A DNA stretch of 41,232 bases from Fimbriimonadales bacterium (GTDB taxonomy: Bacteria; Armatimonadota; Fimbriimonadia; Fimbriimonadales; JABRVX01). The number at the start of each line of letters is the position of its first letter. Within the stretch, counting starts at the first letter, position 1. The stretch is from NCBI GenBank assembly GCA_045862955.1, contig BTVI01000031.1:1-41232 (forward strand), in the 5' to 3' direction. The notes under the pieces were generated by a model, which did not search any database, had not been told where the DNA came from, and worked only from the letters and a program-made list of their open reading frames with translations. This document shows, in pieces, positions 27,536 to 35,962 of the stretch. A program made the position numbers and the translations under genes.

Positions 27536-28089
27536 CCCCAATCGTCTCAATGTCTCCCATCCTGGTCGAGACAATGGCGTATCGCCAAACGTCGCGAGAG
27601 CCCAAGATCGGGCAATCCACGAGCAGCAGATCAGGCATGCTCAGGGCCGTTCGGCACCGAGGACATCATTATAGCGCGAGAAGTTACGTATAGCAAGCTA
27701 AACGGACACGACCAAAGTCTGGCCCTTCCCCCGGGGGCCACAGGGCCCCGCGAGGCCGAAGCCCGCGTAACGGACGCGCAGAACTGGCTTGCGACATGCA
27801 CCGGACCTATGCAGCACGGCCAGAGGAGTTCGTCCGCGACCTATGTTTGGACAGCGAAGCGCTCCTCGGACCGAACGGACTGGCAATTGTCTCATTCCCG
27901 TTGCGACGATGCCATAACCCGATCTGTCCCCCTCGCGCGGACCCCGACGAGTTCGAACGAGCTTCCTCGGTGGGGCGAGCCGGCACGGCCGCGAAGGGGC
28001 CCCACGCGTCGCGCAGGTAGAATCCGGGGAGAGGCCCGGAAAGCCCGAGCTAAGGGTTCGTGCCGGGTGGCGAAAGGGGGATCGAACCG

Positions 28090-29529
28090 ATGAAGGAATT
28101 CGCGCAGCTCGCTCTCGACACCGCCAAGTCCTACGGCGCGGACTACGTGGACGTCCGCGTCAACCGCTATCGCCGACAGAACATCTACTGCGAGAACGAG
28201 CGCGTCGGCCGCTTGGTAGATTCCGAAGATATCGGCCTGGGAGTGCGCGTGCTGGCCAACGGCGCCTGGGGCTTCGCGGGCACCAGCCGGCTCACGCGGG
28301 AAGAAGCGATGCGGGTGGCGAAGGAAGCCGTGCTGATCGCCAAGGCCGGCGCGAGCACCCTCCGCAAGCCAGTGGTGCTCACCCCAGAACCCGCCCACAC
28401 CCTGCACTTCAAGACATCCTATCAGATCGACCCCCTCGCCGTGCCCGTTGCCGACAAAATCGGACTGCTGCTCGAGGTGAACGACAAGCTGCTCAAGTAC
28501 CCGGGCATCGCCAAGGCCGAAGGGTTCATGACACTGCGCAAGGAAGAGCGGGTGTATCTCAACTCCGACGGCTCCGACATGTCGTCCGAGGTGGTCACAA
28601 CTGGCCACTGGTACACCGCCACGGCCGTCGGCAACGGCGATGCTCGTAGCCGCTCCTATTCCCCGCCCGAGATGTCCATCGGCTATGAGCACGTGAACCG
28701 CGAAGAGATGCTAGCAGAGACGGAGCGCGTCGCATCCGAAGCTGTCGAACACCTACACGCTCCCGACTGTCCAGAAGGTGTGATGGACCTGATCCTCGAT
28801 CCACTCAACCTATCGCTGACCATTCATGAGTCGGTGGGACATGCGACCGAGCTGGACCGCGCGCTGGGCTATGAAGAGTCCCTCGCGGGCCGTAGCTTCG
28901 CCACTCCAGACAAGCTGCACAACCTCCAATACGGCTCCGAGCATGTCAACCTGTTAGCAGACAACACGTTACCGAACGGGCTTGCCACCAACGGCTTCGA
29001 CGACGACGGCGTACCGAACCAGACATGGTACATCGTGAAGGACGGGTTGTTCACCGGGTACTCCACCAGCCGCGAGGTGGCATCGGAAGTCGGGCTGGAG
29101 CGTAGCGTGGGTGGGTGCCGCGCCGACAGCTGGAGTAGCATCCCCATCGTGCGCATACCTAACTTAAGCTTGATGCCGGGGAAGAAGCCGCTGACCCTGG
29201 ACGAGCTGATCTCCGACACGAAGGACGGCATCTATATCGAGGGGCGTGGCAGCTTCAGCATTGATCAGATGCGCTGCAACTTCCAGTTCGGTGGCGACGC
29301 CTTCTGGCGCATCAAAGACGGCAAAAAGGCCGGGATGCTCAAGAACGTCACTTACCAGAGCAATACCGTGGAGTTCTGGAACTCGTGCGATGCGGTGTGC
29401 GACGAGCGCTTCTGGGTGCAAAACGGTGTGCTGAATTGTGGCAAGGGCGACCCGATGCAGATCAGCCAGATGTCCCACGGCGCCTCCCCCGCACGATTCC
29501 GTAACATCCGCGTCCGCCCTGCCAGGTAG
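28090..29529 (+). CDS. tldD: TldD/PmbA family metalloprotease, TldD type
   Basis: Motifs GVRVLANGAWGFA, HESVGHATELDR (HExxxH), FDDDGV, FQFGG and CGKGDP. Confidence 0.9.
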   Translation: MKEFAQLALDTAKSYGADYVDVRVNRYRRQNIYCENERVGRLVDSEDIGLGVRVLANGAWGFAGTSRLTREEAMRVAKEAVLIAKAGASTLRKPVVLTPEPAHTLHFKTSYQIDPLAVPVADKIGLLLEVNDKLLKYPGIAKAEGFMTLRKEERVYLNSDGSDMSSEVVTTGHWYTATAVGNGDARSRSYSPPEMSIGYEHVNREEMLAETERVASEAVEHLHAPDCPEGVMDLILDPLNLSLTIHESVGHATELDRALGYEESLAGRSFATPDKLHNLQYGSEHVNLLADNTLPNGLATNGFDDDGVPNQTWYIVKDGLFTGYSTSREVASEVGLERSVGGCRADSWSSIPIVRIPNLSLMPGKKPLTLDELISDTKDGIYIEGRGSFSIDQMRCNFQFGGDAFWRIKDGKKAGMLKNVTYQSNTVEFWNSCDAVCDERFWVQNGVLNCGKGDPMQISQMSHGASPARFRNIRVRPAR

Positions 29530-29553
29530 GCACAGGCTCTATGTCTTCTACCC

Positions 29554-30017
29554 GTCATGCTGAGCCTGACGTCACGCTGAGCCCGACGTCATGCTGAGCC
29601 CGTCGAAGCATGACAACGACGGACAGCAAGGCGAGCGAGACAAAAAGCCCGTCATGCTGAGCCCGACGAAGCATGACGGCGACGGATAGCAAGGCGAGAA
29701 AGATAGAAGGCTTGTCATGCTGAGCTTGTCGAAGCATGACGGCGCTTGCCGCGATGGTAGTACCTGAAGTCGGCAGCGTGCGGCTGGAGGGGCCCATGCT
29801 TCGACAAGCTCAGCATGACGTCAGGCTCTGCAGGACGGCGGACGCAGCAGGACGGCGGGCTCCGCGTGACGTCGCCAGTCACCCATCCTCTGCGAGTGGT
29901 GAGGGATGGGCAGGAAGGTGGCGGTGAGGGGTAGGAAGGAAGGCTGCGCCGAGAGACAGGAAGGCGAGAAAGAAGAAAGCCCGTCATGCTGAGCCTGTCG
30001 AAGCATGATGTCAGGCT
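29554..30017. repeat. Family A REP cluster with 63-bp periodicity
   Basis: 17-nt half copies at 29554 and 29571. Full copies at 29588, 29651 and 29714 (+), 29795-29819 (-) and 29983-30009 (+). Located between convergent tldD and DUF302. Confidence 0.94.
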
Positions 30018-30075
30018 CAGCACGAGGACAGGCGCAGCAGGACGGCAGGTTTCCCGGTGGCACGCCGCCAGCCGC

Positions 30076-30492
30076 TCACACCCTATCCAGCACGCGCTCC
30101 AGCAGGATAGACACCTCTCGCGCCACCTCGGCCAGGGCAGGGTTGTCCCCGACAGCACCGAGCATTGCGTTCGCATCTATGGCGGCGACCACCGACCCCG
30201 CCCCATCTTCGGACTCGTACACGATGACGTTGCACGGAAGCAGCAGCCCCAGCTCCAGCTCGTTCTGCAGCGCTCTGTGGGCTAGTGCGGGGTTGCAGGC
30301 GCCGAGGATTACATAGCGCCGAAACTCCACCCCGAGCTTTTCCTGCAGCTTCTCCCTCACGTCGATCTCGCACAGCACCCCGAATCCCTCGGTCGCAAGG
30401 GCCGCGCGCGCCCGCTCCACGGCTTCCTCGTACGGTGCCGCGAGCATCTTGCCGAAGCCGTAGCTCAACCGTCTGACCTGCTCCAAACTCAT
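30076..30492 (-). CDS. DUF302 domain protein
   Basis: EGFGVLCEIDV..KL..KLG..FRRYVILGACNP.LA..AL..E..LGLLLPCNVIVYE. Start ATG 30492. Confidence 0.92.
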   Translation of the reverse strand: MSLEQVRRLSYGFGKMLAAPYEEAVERARAALATEGFGVLCEIDVREKLQEKLGVEFRRYVILGACNPALAHRALQNELELGLLLPCNVIVYESEDGAGSVVAAIDANAMLGAVGDNPALAEVAREVSILLERVLDRV

Positions 30493-30601
30493 CACCTTCC
30501 CCCAGTTCGCATGCGATGTCGCATTGTAGCCGAGCGGACTCAGCAGATCCCAGCATCCTGCCGGGCCAAAAGTAGGATAGAATGAAGGCCGGAGGCGCTT
30601 C

Positions 30602-31258
30602 ATGCGGAAACCCGGCTTCACGCTGATCGAACTGCTCGTCGTTATCGCCATCATCGCCATCTTGGCGGCAATCCTCTTCCCGGTGTTCGCGCGCGCCAGG
30701 GAGAGCGCCAAGCAGACCGAGTGCATGAGCAACCAGAAGCAGCTAGGGCTCGGCGTGACGATGTACCTAGAAGACTTTCGTGCCTTCCCGCCACTCCTCG
30801 GCTATATTACGTACGATGCCGCCAAGTTCCCTAACCAACCAGGCTGGTTCTGCTCCTACTGGCGATACGTGAAGGCGAAGGAAATCGCGCGCTGCCACAA
30901 GTCTCAGCCTCTCAGCTCGGTGCGCGCGGGTCAGTTCACCATAGACTACATACACAACAGCTGGCTGTTAGGCTACGGCTCTCGCCGAGTTACCATGGCT
31001 ACGATTCACAGCCCTGCCAAGCTGATCGTACTCTACTGCTTCGGTTACAAGATCGACGACATGGATCCATCCGAGGAGTGGGGTGACAATTCCATGCCCG
31101 ATGGTGGCAAAGGGAGCATGTGGTGGAAGGGACCTTCCTATGCGCAGCCTAACGGTATTCACAACGGCGGCTACAACGCCGTGTTCACCGATGGACACGC
31201 GAAGTTCATCGGCTCGTGGAATCCCAGTTCGATGACCCGCGGTTACTGGGTGGACTAA
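30602..31258 (+). CDS. Prepilin-type N-terminal cleavage/methylation protein with H-X9-DG motif
   Basis: N-terminus [44 protein letters not shown] and C-terminal [13 protein letters not shown]. Confidence 0.9.
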   Translation: MRKPGFTLIELLVVIAIIAILAAILFPVFARARESAKQTECMSNQKQLGLGVTMYLEDFRAFPPLLGYITYDAAKFPNQPGWFCSYWRYVKAKEIARCHKSQPLSSVRAGQFTIDYIHNSWLLGYGSRRVTMATIHSPAKLIVLYCFGYKIDDMDPSEEWGDNSMPDGGKGSMWWKGPSYAQPNGIHNGGYNAVFTDGHAKFIGSWNPSSMTRGYWVD

Positions 31259-31263
31259 CAGCG

Positions 31264-32391
31264 CTAGCCGCGTCGGCGCAGGCTCTGCACCACGTCAACG
31301 AGAATGCCTGCCGCCTCCCGTGCCTCGTCATCGGTCGTCGTCCTGCCGAAGCTGAAGCGCAAGCCGGAAGCCGCTCTCTCGGGCGAAGTCCCCATCGCTA
31401 GCAGCACATGCGAGGGCTCGATCGCTCCGCTGCTGCACGCAGCCCCACTCGATGCTGCCACCCCTGCCTGGTCCATACGTATCAGAACGCTCTCTGCAGA
31501 CACTCCCTCGATGGTAAGGTGGCAGATGGCGGGGTGCCTAGGAACATCGGCCGACGATACTATCACGCCGTTCAGGTGCTCGATGACCGTCGCTTCGAAT
31601 GCGTTCCGGACACGTGTTAGGTGCTCTGCTACGCTCTGTACGAAGGCCCGACTCGCAGCGGCCATTCCCACGATACCAAGCAGATTCTCCGTGCCCGCGC
31701 GCCGCTCACGCTCCTGACCACCACCTACCGTCATCGGTTGCAGGCGCGTCCCGGGTCGCACGCGAAGCGCACCCACGCCCTTCGGCCCGTATGCCTTGTG
31801 TGCGGAGACCGAGAGTAGGTCGGCTTCCGGCGGCGGCAATACCCCCCAGGTCTGCACCGCGTCGCAGAAGAATACTGTGTCCCTAGCAACGCAGATTCGT
31901 CCAATGTCTCCTACCGGCTGCAGGGTGCCGGTTTCGTTGTTCGCGTGCATCACACAAACTACCGCGGCGGGCTCGTGCAGGGCGTCCTGCACATCGTCCG
32001 GGCTGACAACTCCCTGCGAGTCGACGGCAAGCACGTGCAACGAACCACCGAGAGACGCAGCTAGTTCAGCAGCGCGCAGCACGCAATGGTGTTCGGTGGC
32101 AGCTACCACCACACGCCCACCACGCACGTGCAGCGCGCGACCCAGCACGGCAAGGTTAGCAGCCTCGGTGCCACCGGAGGTGAAGCACACCTCCGCGGCT
32201 TCTGCATCCAGCGACCGGGCGACCGTGTCTCGCGCCTCGTCGAGCAGCCGCACCGCCTCGCGCCCCGCCCAGTGCTGGCTGCTGGGGTTTCCGTACGGGC
32301 CGTCCAGCGCCCGCGCCACGGCCTCTCGCACCGAGGGGTCGAGTGGAGTGGTCGCCGCGTAGTCCAGATAGATGCGCCTCACATCCGGCAT
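31264..32391 (-). CDS. Cysteine desulfurase (IscS/NifS family)
   Basis: Motifs IYLDYAATTP, GNPSS.H, FTSGGTEA, NNETG, SAHKAYGPKG, RAGTEN and SSGAACSSG. Start is ATG 32391 or GTG 32382. Confidence 0.93.
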   Translation of the reverse strand: MPDVRRIYLDYAATTPLDPSVREAVARALDGPYGNPSSQHWAGREAVRLLDEARDTVARSLDAEAAEVCFTSGGTEAANLAVLGRALHVRGGRVVVAATEHHCVLRAAELAASLGGSLHVLAVDSQGVVSPDDVQDALHEPAAVVCVMHANNETGTLQPVGDIGRICVARDTVFFCDAVQTWGVLPPPEADLLSVSAHKAYGPKGVGALRVRPGTRLQPMTVGGGQERERRAGTENLLGIVGMAAASRAFVQSVAEHLTRVRNAFEATVIEHLNGVIVSSADVPRHPAICHLTIEGVSAESVLIRMDQAGVAASSGAACSSGAIEPSHVLLAMGTSPERAASGLRFSFGRTTTDDEAREAAGILVDVVQSLRRRG

Positions 32392-32439
32392 TCTACACCG
32401 CCGAATCTTTCCACTAAGCCACCCCTGCACGCATTGCGC

Positions 32440-32667
32440 CTCCGCTCCGCGCTCTCTGCGGACCTCTGCTCGCTCGGCGTGAAAGCCCGAGATGGCGCTT
32501 GCTGCCCTTCCCACGTGGCAGGTGTCGCTCGTGGTGTCACGCGAAGCCCGCATAGGGTTCGCGGAGATCGCGGTTCGAGTCCATCCTCTCTATGAACCGA
32601 AGCCAAGAGCATGCGCGGTCCCGAGACCCCCTCACCCCAGCCCGCTCCCCGAGCCGAGGAGAAGGAG
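32440..32667. repeat. Degenerate family B and family C repeats in the divergent intergenic region
   Basis: CTCCGCGCTCTCTGCGGACCTCTGCTCGCTCGGCGTG near 32446 resembles family B. CCCCTCACCCCAGCCCGCTCCCC near 32628 is the reverse complement of the family C core. Confidence 0.6.
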
Positions 32668-32876
32668 CAAAGGCCACACGGATGCCTCCGCCGCTTGCGG
32701 TGGAGGCTTTTCCTAGCTGGAATGTGAGCGCCGAGAGCCTCCACTGCAAGCGTGTAGGGACAGGTCAGCACGGCGGAAGAGGACCCAGTCAGGCAGGACC
32801 GTGCGATTCTGCGCGAGAACCGCAGAGCGGCAATCTCCCGTCCGACTGCGGGCGGTGTGAACCACGAGGAGAACCT

Positions 32877-33386
32877 ATGGACATTCGAGAGGCGATCCTG
32901 CACCGCAGGAGTATCCGAAACTTCGCGCCCGGGGAGGTCCCCGAAGAAGCCGTGCGCGAGATGCTTCTCGCGGCAATGTACGCTCCCTCGGCAGGCAACC
33001 AGCGGCCCTGGCACTTCATCGTCGTTCGCGACCGACGCCTCTTAGACACCGTCGCCCTCATCCATCCCTACGCCCAGATGAGCAAGCAGGCCAATGTCGG
33101 CGTCCTCGTGTGCTGCGACACCAAGGGGCTCAAGTATCGCGACCTTTGGCCGCAAGACCTTGCCGCCGCAACGCAGAACCTGCTGCTGATGGTGCACGGG
33201 TTGGGCCTGGGTGCCGTGTGGACTGCGGTGTACCCTGACCCAGAGCGCGTGCTCTCGTTTCGCCGTGCCTTTCAGCTGCCGAGCTATGTCGAGCCGTTCG
33301 CCTTCGTACCCATCGGCATACCTGGAGAGACACCGGCGCACCCGCAGCGCTTCGACGAGAGCCGCATCCATACGAACCTATGGTGA
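32877..33386 (+). CDS. Nitroreductase family protein
   Basis: Motifs HRRSIRNF, AAMYAPSAGNQRPWHFIVV and QNLLL..HGLGLGAVW. RBS GAGGAG before ATG 32877. Confidence 0.93.
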   Translation: MDIREAILHRRSIRNFAPGEVPEEAVREMLLAAMYAPSAGNQRPWHFIVVRDRRLLDTVALIHPYAQMSKQANVGVLVCCDTKGLKYRDLWPQDLAAATQNLLLMVHGLGLGAVWTAVYPDPERVLSFRRAFQLPSYVEPFAFVPIGIPGETPAHPQRFDESRIHTNLW

Positions 33387-33524
33387 GCTTAGACGGCGCC
33401 CAGGGGCTCTGAGGTATAAAGAGCGGACTGACCGCGCCGCTTCGGGTCGGACGCGGTCTTGCCGTGTGCCACGGCCACCATCGGCGCGGCATCGGCGGCT
33501 TCATGCGCAGGGGGACAGACCGAC

Positions 33525-35045
33525 ATGCCCATTCGACCGGAAGAGATCACCAGCATCCTAGAGAAGGAGCTCACCGAGTTTCGCAGCGGCACGGCCGTCG
33601 AAAGCGTCGGCGTGGTGTTGCAGGTGGGTGACGGCATCGCCCGCGTGTATGGCCTGAAAGACGCCATGATGGGGGAGCTGCTCGAGTTCCCAGGCGGCAT
33701 TTTCGGACTGGCACTGAACCTGGAAGAGGACAACATCGGCGCCATCCTGCTCGGGTCGGATAGCGAGATATCCGAAGGCGACGAGGTGAAGCGCACCGGG
33801 CGTATTATCGAAATCCCGGTAGGAAGGGGCGTGCTGGGCCGGGTGATCAACGCCCTCGGCCAGCCCGTGGACGGCGGCGGACCGATCCAGTCCGACGAGT
33901 TCCGTAGGCTGGAAACCATCGCGCCCGGAGTGGTAGAGCGCCAACCAGTCAAGGAGCCCCTGCAAACCGGCATCAAGGCAATCGACTCGATGATCCCGAT
34001 CGGACGCGGTCAGCGAGAGCTGGTCATCGGGGACCGACAGACGGGTAAGACGGCTATCTGCGTGGACACCATCATCAACCAGAAGCACACTCACGAGACT
34101 AGCAAGCCGGTCTACTGCATCTACGTGGCCATCGGCCAGCGCATGTCTACGGTCGCCCGAGTGGTGGACTCCCTGAAGCAATTCGGGGCCATGGACTACA
34201 CGACGGTCATCGTAGCTTCCGCCGACGATTCGAACGCCATGCAGTACCTCGCCCCGTTCGCGGGCGCGACCATCGGCGAGTACTTCCGAGACAACGGCAT
34301 GCACGCGTTGGTAGTTTACGACGACCTCTCGAAACACGCTCAGGCCTACCGAGCGGTGTCCTTGCTGTTGCGCAGGCCTCCGGGACGAGAGGCATACCCC
34401 GGCGACGTCTTCTACCTACACAGCAGGCTCCTAGAGCGTGCCGCCAAGCTGAACGACGAGAAGGGTGGCGGAAGCTTGACCGCCCTGCCCATCATCGAGA
34501 CGCAGGCCGGCGACGTTTCCGCATATATCCCGACGAACGTGATCTCCATCACGGACGGGCAGATTTACCTAGAGCCCGATCTGTTCTTTGCCGGCGTGCG
34601 CCCAGCAATCAACGTGGGCATTTCCGTTAGTCGCGTCGGTGGAAGCGCGCAGATCAAGGCCATGAAGTCGGTGGCCGGCCGCCTGCGATTGGACATGGCG
34701 CAGTATCGCGAGGTGCAGGCGTTCGCGCAGTTCGCCTCCGACCTGGACAAGGCCACGCAGAATCAGCTCATTCGGGGTGAGCACCTGCAGGCGCTGCTCA
34801 ATCAGCCCCAGTTCGCCGGCATGCCGGTCGAAGAACAGGTGATCTCCATCTTCAGTGGCTCCGCGGGTTATCTGGACGACATAGACCCCGCCGACGTGCC
34901 GCGCTTCGAATCGGAGCTTCTGGAGTTCGTCAAGGCGAACTATCCAGACGTTCCGGAAACCATCCGCGCGACGGGCGAGTTCAGCGCGGAGACCGAGGAA
35001 ACGCTGCGCAAGGCCGTGGAGCGCTTCAAGGAGCTGTTCAAGTAG
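33525..35045 (+). CDS. atpA: F0F1 ATP synthase subunit alpha
   Basis: N-terminus [24 protein letters not shown]-loop GDRQTGKT and [23 protein letters not shown]. Confidence 0.97.
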   Translation: MPIRPEEITSILEKELTEFRSGTAVESVGVVLQVGDGIARVYGLKDAMMGELLEFPGGIFGLALNLEEDNIGAILLGSDSEISEGDEVKRTGRIIEIPVGRGVLGRVINALGQPVDGGGPIQSDEFRRLETIAPGVVERQPVKEPLQTGIKAIDSMIPIGRGQRELVIGDRQTGKTAICVDTIINQKHTHETSKPVYCIYVAIGQRMSTVARVVDSLKQFGAMDYTTVIVASADDSNAMQYLAPFAGATIGEYFRDNGMHALVVYDDLSKHAQAYRAVSLLLRRPPGREAYPGDVFYLHSRLLERAAKLNDEKGGGSLTALPIIETQAGDVSAYIPTNVISITDGQIYLEPDLFFAGVRPAINVGISVSRVGGSAQIKAMKSVAGRLRLDMAQYREVQAFAQFASDLDKATQNQLIRGEHLQALLNQPQFAGMPVEEQVISIFSGSAGYLDDIDPADVPRFESELLEFVKANYPDVPETIRATGEFSAETEETLRKAVERFKELFK

Positions 35046-35051
35046 GCTGAG

Positions 35052-35912
35052 ATGGCAACGCTGAAGCAGATCCGAGCGCGCATCCGAACGGCAAAGAGCA
35101 TCCAGCAGATCACCCGCGCGATGAAGTTGGTAGCGGCCGCGCGCCTGAAGCGAGCGCAGGACCGCGTCCTGCAGGCGCGCCCGTTCTCGGAGAAGATGCT
35201 GGACCTTATGCGGCAGCTCGGCGCGGCGGGGGACCTGCCGGACCATCCGCTGCTAGCCGTGCGCCCCATTCAGCGCGGCGGGGTGTTGGTCATTACGTCG
35301 GACCGCGGCCTGTGTGGCAGCTTCAATACGAACATCTTGCGATGCGCCGAAGGGCTGCTCAGCGAGCGGCCCATCGAGGCTTGGCGGCTCATCACGGTGG
35401 GCAAGAAGGGCCAGGCGTTCTTCTCCAAGCGAGGGTATCAGTTGGCCGAGCATTACTCCTTCCCGCCGACGGGAGCCACCCTCTCTGACGCGGGCACCGT
35501 GACCGGGCGCATCTCGGAGATGTTCGTCTCCGGCGAGACGGATGCCATCTATCTGGTTTACAGCAAGTTCGTCTCGCCGCTGAAGCAGGTCCCGAGCGTG
35601 ACCCAGCTGCTCCCCATCGAGCCACCGAGCGACGGCGAAAACGGCCCCGCACTGGACTACATCTTCGAGCCCTCCGCCGCCGAGCTACTCGGCAGGCTCC
35701 TGCCCCACTATCTCCGCACGCTCGTCTATCAGGCTTTCATCGAGGCGAATGCCAGCGAGCACGGCTCCCGGATGACGGCGATGAGCGCCGCCACCGACAA
35801 CGCGGCGACGATGATCCGCGAGCTGACGCTGCACGCGAACACGGTTCGCCAGGCCGGCATCACGAAGGAGCTGCTGGAAGTGGTGGGTGGCGCCGAAGCC
35901 CTCTCCGGGTAG
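35052..35912 (+). CDS. atpG: F0F1 ATP synthase subunit gamma
   Basis: Motifs IQQITRAMKLVAAA, SDRGLCGSFN, SEHGSRMTAM..ATDNA and RQAGITKELLEVVGG. Confidence 0.97.
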   Translation: MATLKQIRARIRTAKSIQQITRAMKLVAAARLKRAQDRVLQARPFSEKMLDLMRQLGAAGDLPDHPLLAVRPIQRGGVLVITSDRGLCGSFNTNILRCAEGLLSERPIEAWRLITVGKKGQAFFSKRGYQLAEHYSFPPTGATLSDAGTVTGRISEMFVSGETDAIYLVYSKFVSPLKQVPSVTQLLPIEPPSDGENGPALDYIFEPSAAELLGRLLPHYLRTLVYQAFIEANASEHGSRMTAMSAATDNAATMIRELTLHANTVRQAGITKELLEVVGGAEALSG

Positions 35913-35962
35913 CGCGGAAGCCCGGAGCACCCGCTGGTATACTCCGCCCAACCTTCCGAAAC

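Noticed and set aside
27600..28085. Riboswitch or ncRNA upstream of tldD
   Set aside because: GC-rich hairpins and a TAGAAT box are present, but I could not match a known riboswitch consensus. An Rfam scan is needed.
29588..29740. CRISPR array
   Set aside because: Only 3 periodic copies, the spacers resemble each other, the same repeat is dispersed in both orientations elsewhere, and no cas genes are in the window.
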